From Thermoproteota archaeon (lineage in GTDB: Archaea; Thermoproteota; Thermoprotei_A; Sulfolobales; Ignisphaeraceae), in the NCBI GenBank assembly GCA_030550585.1, contig JAUQPB010000001.1:608001-672000 (forward strand): 64,000 nt of DNA, given 5' to 3'. Below are positions 35,773 through 45,257 of the stretch, piece by piece. The position numbers and the translations under genes are program-made. The notes beneath the pieces were generated by a model that saw only the letters and a program-made list of their open reading frames with translations, did not search any database and was not told where the DNA came from. How positions within the stretch are numbered: position 1 is the stretch's first letter; every line of letters begins with the position of its first letter.

Positions 35773-37408
35773 CTCTGACCTTCACCAGCAATGGTCTTCT
35801 AAGCGGATTGCCAAGCCCTGTGAAGAAGAATTCTCTTGGTGATAGAAGTGGAAGTGTGTACTCCATATACTCCACACCCTCGAGCCAGTTCCTCAACTCG
35901 TTGTAGTCTCCAGATGTTTGCATTCGCGAGAAGAAAACTGTGTTTATATTTCCTCTAATCTCTGGTGCGAGATCTATGACCCTCTGCGATGATAGGATTA
36001 GTCCGAATCCCCATTTCCTGCCCTCTCTACTAGTCCTAGCAATAATGTCTTTGGCAGGGTCACATCCATAGGCACAGCAATAGTTGTGAGCCTCATCGAC
36101 AACAGCAATTATATTGGCTCTACTCCTCTTGTATAGAATTGTATCCCAGATTTTCTTAATGAATTGATATACAATAGCATTTTTAGCACTATACTCAACT
36201 TCTGTCGACAAATCAATTATTATAACCCTTTTTGCATCATTGAAAAGAGCTGTGACAACGTCATCAATAACAGTTGACCTCCTAGACATGTTTTGCTCGA
36301 AAAACGCCCTACCAACTCTTGTGTATAGCAGTAACCTCAGCTTTTCAATTGTTTGCTGCCTAGCATTCATATTTTTCAGATACGTTTCAAGATCATTGAC
36401 AAATTGGTTAAAGTCCCATTTGAATAGCCCTTTCGAGCTGAGCTCTTTGTATTTCTTCAGCAGTTCCCCAAGCTCTATATCCCCATTTCTTCTTCCAAAA
36501 CCCCTTGTCTTTGCCTGTTGTAACGGGCTTTCCACCTCCTCAACAACACTCCTAATATATTCTATTACAGCCCCATAGACATAATCTTGGTGCTCGGATC
36601 TCCTCAGACCCATTTGATCAACAATTATATCAGCTATAACATCCGGCTCTAGAACAATATTTGAAGAGTCTATAACCGATATCGAGTTTTCAAAGCCTAT
36701 CCACCTAGACAAGTCGGCGTAGTCAACACCTGTATGATCAAATATGACTATTCTATAGTTTGGCGCCTTCCTCAGAACCTCTTCTATAATTGCTTTTACC
36801 AGTCTAGACTTTCCAGATCCTGTTGCACCCAAAACAGCTATGTGATAGTCTAGCGCAATTGGGTTAACATCTATCTCGAGGTTAGCAAATTTGTGGTAGC
36901 CTATGAAGAGCCCCTGGGGGAGCTTCAATATGCCTGATAATGCATCTCCCCTCTCAACTATATAAACATGGCTGCCAGGTCTTGGAATAGCGAAACTCAG
37001 AGAAACCCCGCCACCAGAGCCTATCTCCCTTATAATCTCAACATAGCTATGCATGAGAGGTGCTGAGAAGCTGTGGCTTTTGTCAGGGTCGAAAACTGTT
37101 GGAAGAGCATTGGCATCTATTGCAAGGTCCTTTTTAGTGCTACTCTTAAACACTCCGAGAAATCTCCTACCCTCTAGGAAATCATCTATTATCGCCAGCA
37201 TCTCATCCCTTACATAGTCCATCGCATCTCTAGATATTCTGACAGGTGCTAGAGAAGCTCTAGCACCAGATGTTATGACGCCGACAAGTCTACCGAAGTC
37301 TCTAGGGCTCCAGCTCCACAAGCATACCGACCGAGGGGTTTGAGATATTAATACGCTAATATCTTTTGAGAGCAAAGCGAAAGTTTGCAGGATAAAAAGG
37401 CTGTGCAT
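35762..37408 (-). CDS. herA: HerA-family ATPase/helicase (true start probably TTG near 37321)
   Basis: HAS-barrel-like N-terminus, HIAVLGATGSGKS, IFDHTG, VVDEAH, REGRKWG...SQR. Confidence 0.85.
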   Translation of the reverse strand: MHSLFILQTFALLSKDISVLISQTPRSVCLWSWSPRDFGRLVGVITSGARASLAPVRISRDAMDYVRDEMLAIIDDFLEGRRFLGVFKSSTKKDLAIDANALPTVFDPDKSHSFSAPLMHSYVEIIREIGSGGGVSLSFAIPRPGSHVYIVERGDALSGILKLPQGLFIGYHKFANLEIDVNPIALDYHIAVLGATGSGKSRLVKAIIEEVLRKAPNYRIVIFDHTGVDYADLSRWIGFENSISVIDSSNIVLEPDVIADIIVDQMGLRRSEHQDYVYGAVIEYIRSVVEEVESPLQQAKTRGFGRRNGDIELGELLKKYKELSSKGLFKWDFNQFVNDLETYLKNMNARQQTIEKLRLLLYTRVGRAFFEQNMSRRSTVIDDVVTALFNDAKRVIIIDLSTEVEYSAKNAIVYQFIKKIWDTILYKRSRANIIAVVDEAHNYCCAYGCDPAKDIIARTSREGRKWGFGLILSSQRVIDLAPEIRGNINTVFFSRMQTSGDYNELRNWLEGVEYMEYTLPLLSPREFFFTGLGNPLRRPLLVKVRDVA

Positions 37409-37483
37409 CTAATATAGGAAAATATAGTGTAACATCTGGTTAAGTAAAATTGGAGAGAAAGGTTATAAAGTAGTTAGGTTAAG

Positions 37484-37825
37484 GTGTTAGAAGGTTTTGC
37501 AACAATGTTTAGGATTGTTATAGAAGCGTTGCTACAGGGTTTGCCTGAGGAGCAGATGTGTATAGCAAAGCTTAGAGAGGGGATGGAGATGGGCGGGATT
37601 TGCACAGGCTCGCAAACATCGTTTGCATGTGCATCCAACAATGTCTTGGTGAAGGTGCTTCCCGCTGAAGCATCTCATCAGCTTTCCCATGCATTCATTG
37701 GAGTGCCAATGAAGTTTGCTATTCAGATACATGTTGAGGGTGAAAAAGCTGAAGATGTTGTTAAAATTGCTGACATTGTTTATAAGACTTTGAAGGGCTG
37801 CAACATTCTTTTGAGAATTGTGTAG
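37484..37825 (+). CDS. Hypothetical protein (start probably ATG 37505)
   Basis: Fills the gap between herA and deoD; TATA-like GTTATAAA upstream; normal composition. Confidence 0.55.
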   Translation: MLEGFATMFRIVIEALLQGLPEEQMCIAKLREGMEMGGICTGSQTSFACASNNVLVKVLPAEASHQLSHAFIGVPMKFAIQIHVEGEKAEDVVKIADIVYKTLKGCNILLRIV

Positions 37826-37826
37826 A

Positions 37827-38561
37827 CTATACATTAATCCTTGTAAGAGCCTCTAAAACTATCTTAGCTGCTCTATCGACATAGTCTCTAAGCTCTTCGG
37901 CTGATGCGAATCCGAGCTCCTCTACGAGAGAGTCGCTGACCATTAGCAGTGCCCCTGTCTTCAGATTTCTCATGGCACCTAGCATAAAGAGACCTGCACA
38001 CTCCATCTCAACAGCTACAACACCTCTACTTGTCCACTTTCTAACGAAATCAGGGTCTTCAGCATAGAAAGCATCGCTACTGACAACGGGTCCTAGAACA
38101 TAGTTTACACCAGCCTTCTGAGTCTCTTCAACAAGGGTCTTTAGAACCTCGAAACTTGGTGCTGTTGCTGTGCACACATTCTCTTTTAGATACTGGTAGA
38201 ATGCGCCTCCAGGGTAGTAGGCAGCGGCTGTTGGGATTACTACATCGCCTATTCTAAGCCCCTTGACCATTGCACCACAAGTTCCGAATCTGACAACAAC
38301 CTTTGCTCCCAGCATTGCTAGCTCTTCAACAACTAACATAGAGGATGGGTGGCCAACACCATGGACAGCAACAGATATTGGAACACCTTTATACGAGCCA
38401 GTATATATTGTGAAGCCTCTATTCGTATTAACTACCCTAGGATTCTCAAGCATTTTAGCGACCTGGTCTACTCTTGCAGGATCTCCAGCAATTATCACTC
38501 TCTCTGCAATATCTCCCCTCCTAGCCTTTATGTGTATGGGTCCAACCAATCTTCTCACCAA
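37827..38561 (-). CDS. deoD: Purine nucleoside phosphorylase (hexameric DeoD/MTAP type)
   Basis: HIKA..GDIAERVIIAGDPAR, HGVGHPS, RFGTCGA, SSDAFYAE, AVEME, VSD. Confidence 0.9.
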   Translation of the reverse strand: MVRRLVGPIHIKARRGDIAERVIIAGDPARVDQVAKMLENPRVVNTNRGFTIYTGSYKGVPISVAVHGVGHPSSMLVVEELAMLGAKVVVRFGTCGAMVKGLRIGDVVIPTAAAYYPGGAFYQYLKENVCTATAPSFEVLKTLVEETQKAGVNYVLGPVVSSDAFYAEDPDFVRKWTSRGVVAVEMECAGLFMLGAMRNLKTGALLMVSDSLVEELGFASAEELRDYVDRAAKIVLEALTRINV

Positions 38562-38605
38562 GAAAAATTAGACCATGCAAAGATTTAAGCTTTATGCTTA
38601 TATAA

Positions 38606-39028
38606 ATGATGCAACGAAGCAATATGGGTATGGTAGTGCTTAGAGGAAAAGTGGTTAAGGGTATTGGCGAGGGGAGAAAATATGTTGAGATATATAGCAT
38701 AGAGATAGAGAAGACACTTGGCTTTAGACCATTTCCAGGAACGCTAAATGTATTGCTTGACAAAGAGTCTATACACAAAATTGTATCGGTCTACAACACA
38801 AAGCCCTATGCAGTAATAAAACCGCCGCTCAATGATCTAGCAGATGTATATGTATGGAAATGTTGCATAGCGAAGAGTGGTAGCTCAGATAAGGTAGAGT
38901 CGTATGTAGTGAGACCTGCGAAAACTGTGTACGATGTTAGCGTTGTGGAGCTTATATCAAGTGAATATATTAGAAAGAGGCTTGGGCTCTCTGATGGCAA
39001 TGCTGTGGAGATAGTAGTTTTTACTTGA
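38606..39028 (+). CDS. ribK: CTP-dependent riboflavin kinase
   Basis: GKVVKGIGEGRKYV, LGFRPFPGTLNV, VELIS..YIRKRLGLSDG. Confidence 0.9.
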   Translation: MMQRSNMGMVVLRGKVVKGIGEGRKYVEIYSIEIEKTLGFRPFPGTLNVLLDKESIHKIVSVYNTKPYAVIKPPLNDLADVYVWKCCIAKSGSSDKVESYVVRPAKTVYDVSVVELISSEYIRKRLGLSDGNAVEIVVFT

Positions 39029-39030
39029 AT

Positions 39031-40179
39031 CTACCTTCTGATCTTTGGAACATCAAATTTGTATCTGATCAGATACTTCTCCACTTGATCCACAGCTCTT
39101 CTCCTCTTCTCTTGGTGATCTCTAAGAAACCTTGCCACCCTCTCTGCCAGCTCCTTTTTGCACTCTCCACAGAGTAGTGCGCCAGTTTTGCATGCATGGT
39201 ATCTCTCCAAAAGTTTCTTGTCATTGTCTTCGAATAGCATTTCATACATTTTGTAGACTGGGCAGGCATCTGGATTGCCCCCATACTTTCTCTGCAGTTC
39301 TGCAGTTGGCTGACCCCCTGTATAAGACTTCATAATTTTTTGCATTGCTATCTCTGGCGGGTCTGTAGTGTATATAGCTGTCTCTGGTTTTGAGGAAGAC
39401 ATCTTACCGCCTATTCCAAGACCCGGAAGAAGCTTGTTGTGTATTTGTGTTGGCTTTGGATAGTTTAGAGATGGTGCAACATCTCTTGCAATTCTCCAGT
39501 AGGGATCTTGATCTATTCCAGCGGGGATCAAGACCATCACATGTTCTTGGTATAGCTCTGTTGGTAAGAATGCTACAGATATTTGGAGAACTGGATAGAA
39601 TATCATTCCAATGTTTGTAGAGTCTGTGAATCCAAATGTTGCTTTTTGTGTTGAATAGGTTATCTTCTTTGCAATTCTTATTGCAATGGGGTAGAGAAAC
39701 CCGATATCCTCTGAATCTATTATCACATGAGTCTTTGCTGGGTCAAGCCCTAGAGCAGCTAGATCCAATATATTCTCATATGCAAGACTGTTGAACTCCT
39801 CTAGAGAGCCTGAATCTCCATGCCAGTACTTCTCATCATCAGTCATCTGGAAGAATAGCTCTAGACCAAGTCTATCCTGCAACCATTTCGTGAAAATCCA
39901 TGGCAGTATATGCCCAAGGTGAGTGTGTCCAGAGGGCCCTCTACCTGTATACAAAGCACATCTTTTTCCAGTTTTGAAAGTCTCTAGAAAGATGTCAAAA
40001 TCTCTATGAGAGTAAAAAACTCTTCTCCTAACCATTGAATGGGTTTCCCCGGCAACCTCTGCTAGCATAGAAACCTCTTTATCCGTCAAAGGCTTTGCCC
40101 CAAATATCTTTACAAGTTTGTCATAGTCTACAAAGGCCTCTGCTTCCCATGGCGTTACATGCGTTTCCTCAAGCTCCAC
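39031..40179 (-). CDS. trpS: Tryptophanyl-tRNA synthetase
   Basis: VTPWE, LYTGRGPS, HLGH, GIDQDPY, KMSSS, CGECK. Confidence 0.97.
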   Translation of the reverse strand: MELEETHVTPWEAEAFVDYDKLVKIFGAKPLTDKEVSMLAEVAGETHSMVRRRVFYSHRDFDIFLETFKTGKRCALYTGRGPSGHTHLGHILPWIFTKWLQDRLGLELFFQMTDDEKYWHGDSGSLEEFNSLAYENILDLAALGLDPAKTHVIIDSEDIGFLYPIAIRIAKKITYSTQKATFGFTDSTNIGMIFYPVLQISVAFLPTELYQEHVMVLIPAGIDQDPYWRIARDVAPSLNYPKPTQIHNKLLPGLGIGGKMSSSKPETAIYTTDPPEIAMQKIMKSYTGGQPTAELQRKYGGNPDACPVYKMYEMLFEDNDKKLLERYHACKTGALLCGECKKELAERVARFLRDHQEKRRRAVDQVEKYLIRYKFDVPKIRR

Positions 40180-40235
40180 AAACGTTTATCACCTGTTGCC
40201 AATATCTAGCGAGTCTTGAGAGAGGTTATAAGTGT

Positions 40236-40883
40236 TTAGGGCATTATCCCTATTCCCAGAAACCTCTTCATAACGATGTTGAGGGAGAACAGTATTAACA
40301 GAACACCGAAGGCTCCCAGCAATGCTCTATAACCTTTTTCGCCAAGGAACCTAGACCCTCTTCTAGTGGCCTCAGCTACTGTAGCCAGCCAAATGAAGTC
40401 CATCCAGACGTGTGCAGGATACATAACGAGGATTGATAGGAGCCCGAAAGAGGCTATTGACGAGATGAGCGACATTCCTATGCTTATCCACCACATCAAG
40501 AAGAATATGTTTAGAGCCGTGAAGAGAAAACCAACGACAATTGGGTTGCCATAGTCGCGCTTTTGGCTATCGCCTATATTGAAGCCCTTTATAGAATCTC
40601 TTAACAGCATATATGCAAAATAAAGTATTATTATTGCTCCGCCAACTGCTATAACCCCGCCCACAGAACTTGATAGAACCTCTTCTACCTTGCTAAACAT
40701 TATAGTGAGTATAACAATGTATGGGAGCTCAAACAGCATGTGCCCCAAAGCTACCAATACACCGCCTCTCCAACCACTTTTTGCACCAATAGACATTGTT
40801 GCCACCGTTAGGGGGCCTGGGCTCAGAGCGCCAGAGGGCGTCACCATAATTGTTTGTATAGCTAGCGATATCAGGGAATCCAT
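40236..40883 (-). CDS. LysE-family translocator
   Basis: SGALSPGPL, GHMLFE, GFLFTALN..FLMWW. Confidence 0.88.
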   Translation of the reverse strand: MDSLISLAIQTIMVTPSGALSPGPLTVATMSIGAKSGWRGGVLVALGHMLFELPYIVILTIMFSKVEEVLSSSVGGVIAVGGAIIILYFAYMLLRDSIKGFNIGDSQKRDYGNPIVVGFLFTALNIFFLMWWISIGMSLISSIASFGLLSILVMYPAHVWMDFIWLATVAEATRRGSRFLGEKGYRALLGAFGVLLILFSLNIVMKRFLGIGIMP

Positions 40884-40889
40884 AGACTC

Positions 40890-41270
40890 TCACTTACCCG
40901 AGCCTATCTCTATCCACTGAAAAGATATTATATCACGTATAAACTGCGTTGCTATATCCAGAACATGTTGAACGCACTCCTCATCGCTCTCAAGCCCCTT
41001 CTCATTACAAAGCCTTTTCACAATCCCCCAGCCAACAGAATCCTCGCTCAAGATCGTGACACAGCCACTATCAAATCTTCTACTAGGCGTTTTATACAAC
41101 GCTATATATGCTCTAAGGCTATTCAAAAGATCTAGAAGTCTTATCATTCTGTACTTAGATGTGCAGACATCCAGCCCATAAATGTTGTAGAAGGCTGTCC
41201 TCTCAACACTGTCTATCTCAGTGGCTATCCTAACACCGTCAGCAGATGCAAAAACACTTCTCTTTTTCAA
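40890..41270 (-). CDS. Hypothetical protein
   Basis: 126-aa ORF co-oriented with and 7 nt from the LysE gene; SD-like GGGT upstream. Confidence 0.6.
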   Translation of the reverse strand: MKKRSVFASADGVRIATEIDSVERTAFYNIYGLDVCTSKYRMIRLLDLLNSLRAYIALYKTPSRRFDSGCVTILSEDSVGWGIVKRLCNEKGLESDEECVQHVLDIATQFIRDIISFQWIEIGSGK

Positions 41271-41344
41271 AGCAATCTACACCCTTCTTTTCCAAATGTA
41301 TTTGGCTGAACATAAGCTTTTTTATTTCTAGGCTTTAACAAACA

Positions 41345-41884
41345 TTGTTGGTGGTTATAATGTCAGAAACCGAAACTCTTATAAAATTTTTGTTGACGAG
41401 AAGAAGCATAAGAAAGTTTAAGAAGGATCCTGTCCCCCTAGATGTTGTGAAGAGGATTCTAGATATTGCTAGATACGCTCCAAGCGCTGGAAATAGACAG
41501 CCATGGATATTCATCGTCGTTTCCGATCCCGAGGTTAAGAGCAGACTTGCAAAGATCCATCGATGGGCATATCCATTAGAAGAGGCGCCAATGGGTATAG
41601 TAGTGGCATGTAACAAGGATGTTTCGCCTGATTCCTACTATGTTGACTGTGCAAATGCGACAATGTATATAATGCTAGCTGCACATGCATATGGTCTTGG
41701 AACTGTGTGGCTACAAACACTTAGAAATGTTGAAGATATTCAGAAAATACTTAACTTGCCAGCCAACTATATACCGGTTTCAATGCTTGCAATTGGATAT
41801 CCAGCAGAATCGCCATCTCCAAAGTCTAGGAAGGATCTCAAGGAGATTGCATATCTAAACTCTTTTGGAAACCCACTACAATAG
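41345..41884 (+). CDS. Nitroreductase family protein (start probably ATG 41360)
   Basis: RRSIRKF, APSAGNRQPWxF, LAAHAYGLGTVW, AIGYP. Confidence 0.93.
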   Translation: MLVVIMSETETLIKFLLTRRSIRKFKKDPVPLDVVKRILDIARYAPSAGNRQPWIFIVVSDPEVKSRLAKIHRWAYPLEEAPMGIVVACNKDVSPDSYYVDCANATMYIMLAAHAYGLGTVWLQTLRNVEDIQKILNLPANYIPVSMLAIGYPAESPSPKSRKDLKEIAYLNSFGNPLQ

Positions 41885-42775
41885 TGTTTTTAAGGCTATT
41901 TCGACTCTTTCTTCAACCTCCTTGACAAGAGGCTCTACAAAGGATAGTATACTCGGCGAATATTTCACCTTTCCCCTCAAAACCCTTAAAAGCCTAACAT
42001 TCTCGCTAGGGTCGAATGGCAAAGCCCTTATATCAGCCAGTTTTGGATGTGCAAAAAACACGTTTTCGAATACAGGTGAGGGTATTTTGCCGTCGAGCTC
42101 CCACTTCATTCCATAGGAGGAGTAAGCCTCTTCCACAACCCTTCTAGCCCTTCTCCTATAAACCTCAATATTCATCTTTTCAATAGTTCTAAACCTAGTC
42201 AAAACAGCGCCAACAAAAGGTGGTTTATCATTTGGTGGAGAGCCTCTAACATCTCTAATCAGATAGTATAGAGCTGTTAAAGCAAAGCTAGTCTTTGTTA
42301 CAGGGGATATCAGGGCATCAGCCATTTTTATCAGAGGCCCTATCAAACCATACATCTGTGGCGGAAGATCCAAGACTATGTAGTCGAATTCTGAAAGCTT
42401 CTGATCAACATCGCTTCTAAGGCTGTAGACTCTTTCGGCAGGCACTATAACATATTTAGCTAGGCCTATGTACTCGGGTTTCGACGGTATAATAGCAAGG
42501 TTGTCGCTAACCCTATAGACCACAGGCTCTCCAGACCCAGCAATCCACTCAATTGAAAACACCTTTTGCTGCATCTTGGAATATCCTAGAAGCTTCTCAA
42601 AACTTGTGGGCGGGATGAAAACCTCTGTTATATTTGCCTGGGGATCGGCATCAACAACAAGAACCTTTCTACCAAACCTCTCAGAAAGTGTTGCTGCAAC
42701 AACACTAGCGAGCGTGGTCTTCCCAACACCACCCTTGTAATTTGCTATAGCAATGACCTTTGGCACAAAAACCAC
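41876..42775 (-). CDS. ParA/Soj-family ATPase (orphan)
   Basis: ANYKGGVGKTT, VDADPQANIT, DYIVLDLPP. Confidence 0.88.
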   Translation of the reverse strand: MVFVPKVIAIANYKGGVGKTTLASVVAATLSERFGRKVLVVDADPQANITEVFIPPTSFEKLLGYSKMQQKVFSIEWIAGSGEPVVYRVSDNLAIIPSKPEYIGLAKYVIVPAERVYSLRSDVDQKLSEFDYIVLDLPPQMYGLIGPLIKMADALISPVTKTSFALTALYYLIRDVRGSPPNDKPPFVGAVLTRFRTIEKMNIEVYRRRARRVVEEAYSSYGMKWELDGKIPSPVFENVFFAHPKLADIRALPFDPSENVRLLRVLRGKVKYSPSILSFVEPLVKEVEERVEIALKTLL

Positions 42776-42823
42776 TCAACACAAATTAACCACCCCTTAG
42801 AAGATTATTAAACTTTTATCAAG

Positions 42824-43078
42824 TTAAACCTTAACAGCGTTTCTACCCACTCTTCTCACTAGAGCTGTTGCCACAATAAACAACACAAAAAATGTGCTTG
42901 CCATAGAGATGAGGAGGAGATATGCTAGCGCTTTTTCCATGGGCTCTGAATACAGGAAATTGATAAGAATGCTTGGTAGGGAAGCTTTCACTGTACCAAG
43001 TTTTGCTATGGTGATTATTGGAGAGGCGATAGCTGACGAATATGCGGCAAAATCTTTTAGTCTGTGAATAGATTTCAT
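42824..43078 (-). CDS. Small hypothetical membrane protein
   Basis: 84-aa ORF with hydrophobic segments; ATG overlaps a candidate sRNA box D. Confidence 0.45.
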   Translation of the reverse strand: MKSIHRLKDFAAYSSAIASPIITIAKLGTVKASLPSILINFLYSEPMEKALAYLLLISMASTFFVLFIVATALVRRVGRNAVKV

Positions 43079-43125
43079 AGTGCTTCACAGTCAACATCTA
43101 ATCGAGTATATTACCTTATAATCAC
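43075..43125 (-). ncRNA. Candidate box C/D sRNA (degenerate boxes)
   Basis: Minus strand: C GTGATTA, 13-nt TAAGGTAATATAC, D' TCGA, C' ATGTTGA, 12-nt CTGTGAAGCACT, D ATGA; each box has one or two mismatches. Confidence 0.4.
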
Positions 43126-43220
43126 TTGCACACATAGATTCTCTTACTAGATACTTCGATTATATATTTCGATTAAAGCTTAATAGATAACAAGGCTAAA
43201 ACAGATGGGGTGCACAAGGT

Positions 43221-43994
43221 TTGGCAGGCATCGGAATAAAGGATGTTATTAGAGCAGTTGTCTACACTATAACAACCTTTGTAGCCACAGTCCTGCTAAC
43301 TGTAGAAACCCCCGCAACGGGTGGCTACTTCAACTTAGGTGAAGCAGCCATATATACAATAGCATTTATAGCGCCACCACTTGTCACAGCAATATCCTCT
43401 GGCCTGGGACCCGCACTAGCAGATTTGGCTCTTGGCTACTGGTACTTCGCACCAGCAACATTTGTCATAAAGTTCTCAGAGGGGTTCGTCGTTTCAAAGC
43501 TTTTGAATTGGCTTCGCTCAAAGCGGCATAAAGAAGCTGTTCTCAACATCATTAGAGCTCTTGCAATTGTTCTTGCAACTGCCCTAACAGTTATTGTTAT
43601 TGTTGCAGAAGCGTCCCCTGGTGGTGGTGCAGGGGTAGAGTTTTCATGGACTCCAACAACATTCTTAGGACTTTCTATACCGATACCAAACCTCAAGATA
43701 GTTTTACCGTCTCTTGCATGGATAGTTATAGCTGTGGTGTTTATAATAGTTGCAGTACTATCCATAGCCATATGGGGAAAACCATATGTTCTATCAATGG
43801 CTGTTGGCGGGTTGATAATGGTGACAGGGTATTTCCTATACGAATACTTTGTCTCAAATCCGATCATACTTCACAGAGAGGCCCAAGCCGCGATATTTGA
43901 GATACCTGTTAACATAGGGCAGTTTGTAGCTGGCATAATATTGGCCTACCCATTGGTGCAATTTATTGAGAGAGCTAAAGGCTCTAGAGGTTAG
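43221..43994 (+). CDS. ECF transporter substrate-specific S component
   Basis: PATGGYFNLGEAAIY, GLGPALADL, APATFVIKFSEG, EIPVNIGQ. Confidence 0.88.
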   Translation: MAGIGIKDVIRAVVYTITTFVATVLLTVETPATGGYFNLGEAAIYTIAFIAPPLVTAISSGLGPALADLALGYWYFAPATFVIKFSEGFVVSKLLNWLRSKRHKEAVLNIIRALAIVLATALTVIVIVAEASPGGGAGVEFSWTPTTFLGLSIPIPNLKIVLPSLAWIVIAVVFIIVAVLSIAIWGKPYVLSMAVGGLIMVTGYFLYEYFVSNPIILHREAQAAIFEIPVNIGQFVAGIILAYPLVQFIERAKGSRG

Positions 43995-45255
43995 AAACCT
44001 CTCTGTATACTCCTCTACAAAAGAAATTTTAAGAAATGTAAATTTCTCTCTTGGCAGTGGAGAAATACTGTTAGTTACCGGTAGATCTGGATCTGGGAAA
44101 ACAACTCTTTTGAGGAGCTTAATAGGCATTGCAAGAGAGCTCTATGGACTGTCTTTATCCGGATCTGTATCTGTCTACGGAAATAAGATCTCCAATTCCT
44201 ACGAGACCTCAAAATATTTTTACTATGTACCTCAAGAGCCTTGGTACTCAATATCGTTTCCCTATCCAGCTATGGATATACTCTTTAAGAGTATAGATGT
44301 GGATGCTAAAGCTGTTGAGGAGATGGCTAAGAGGCTTGGCGTTGGCCACAAGCTCTTTGACTCATCAATAAATTTGAGTGCTGGCGAGGCTCAGAGAATA
44401 GCCTTTTTAGAGGCTTTGACTTCAAATGCAAAGATAATTCTGATAGACGAAATAACCTCTTATCTAGATAGAGAATCTAGGCGCCAGGTCGTGGAGGCGG
44501 TTAAACTTGCTTCAGAGTATGGCGAAACAATAGTTGTTGTCGATCATGACATATTTTCTTGGCGCGGAATTGCAAATAAAATCCTGTATATAGAGAAAGG
44601 TATTGCAACAATGTTTGACGATCCGGTGGATACCCCAATCTATGAAGATTTCAAGGCTTTGGAATACACAATAAAAAATATTGAAAGATTTGATGCCAGC
44701 ACGGAAAAGGTTATAGAGGTCGACAACATATGGTTTAAGTATCCCGACTCTAAAGAATATATATTAAAGGGCATTTCATTTGATGTTTTCTCAGGGGACT
44801 TGGTCTGGGTTAGGGGAGGCTCTGGGAGAGGAAAATCAACATTGTTAAAAATCTTGGCAGGCATTTTAAAACCGAGTAGGGGTAGTGTAAAAAGATTTGT
44901 TAGAGGTGTTCAACTCGTTTCTGAAAATCCTCTACACTACATATCCAATCCAACAGCAGGCGATGAGATTGGGTGGAACAAGGAAATTGCAAAGATTGCT
45001 GGGTTAGAAGATGCTTTAAACACGCCAATAGCATTTCTTAGCAGCGGGGAGAGAAGGAGACTTGCAATAGCATCTGCATTCATCAGACAGCCAAAGGCTC
45101 TTCTCATAGATGAGCCGACTGTTGGTCTAGACCCTTGGAACTCTATTGCAGTAATAAAGCTTTTGACAATGCTACAGCAAAGAGGCTCTGCAATTGTTGT
45201 TGCTAGCCATGGTGAGGAGCTGGGGTATATAGCAACAAAAACTTTGGTGGTCTAG
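43966..45255 (+). CDS. ECF transporter duplicated ATPase (A-A')
   Basis: Two NBDs: GRSGSGKTT/LSAGEAQR/IDE and GGSGRGKST/LSSGERRR/IDEP. Confidence 0.88.
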   Translation: MRELKALEVRNLSVYSSTKEILRNVNFSLGSGEILLVTGRSGSGKTTLLRSLIGIARELYGLSLSGSVSVYGNKISNSYETSKYFYYVPQEPWYSISFPYPAMDILFKSIDVDAKAVEEMAKRLGVGHKLFDSSINLSAGEAQRIAFLEALTSNAKIILIDEITSYLDRESRRQVVEAVKLASEYGETIVVVDHDIFSWRGIANKILYIEKGIATMFDDPVDTPIYEDFKALEYTIKNIERFDASTEKVIEVDNIWFKYPDSKEYILKGISFDVFSGDLVWVRGGSGRGKSTLLKILAGILKPSRGSVKRFVRGVQLVSENPLHYISNPTAGDEIGWNKEIAKIAGLEDALNTPIAFLSSGERRRLAIASAFIRQPKALLIDEPTVGLDPWNSIAVIKLLTMLQQRGSAIVVASHGEELGYIATKTLVV

Positions 45256-45257
45256 CC

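Noticed and set aside
37827-38561. DeoD as evidence of a local nucleoside-to-RuBisCO operon
   Set aside because: It is 12 kb from rbcL among housekeeping genes, with no ribose-1-phosphate kinase or R15P isomerase nearby; the pathway may still exist elsewhere in the genome.
39031-40179. Functional link between trpS and the tRNA-Trp gene
   Set aside because: 33 kb apart with unrelated genes between; likely coincidence.
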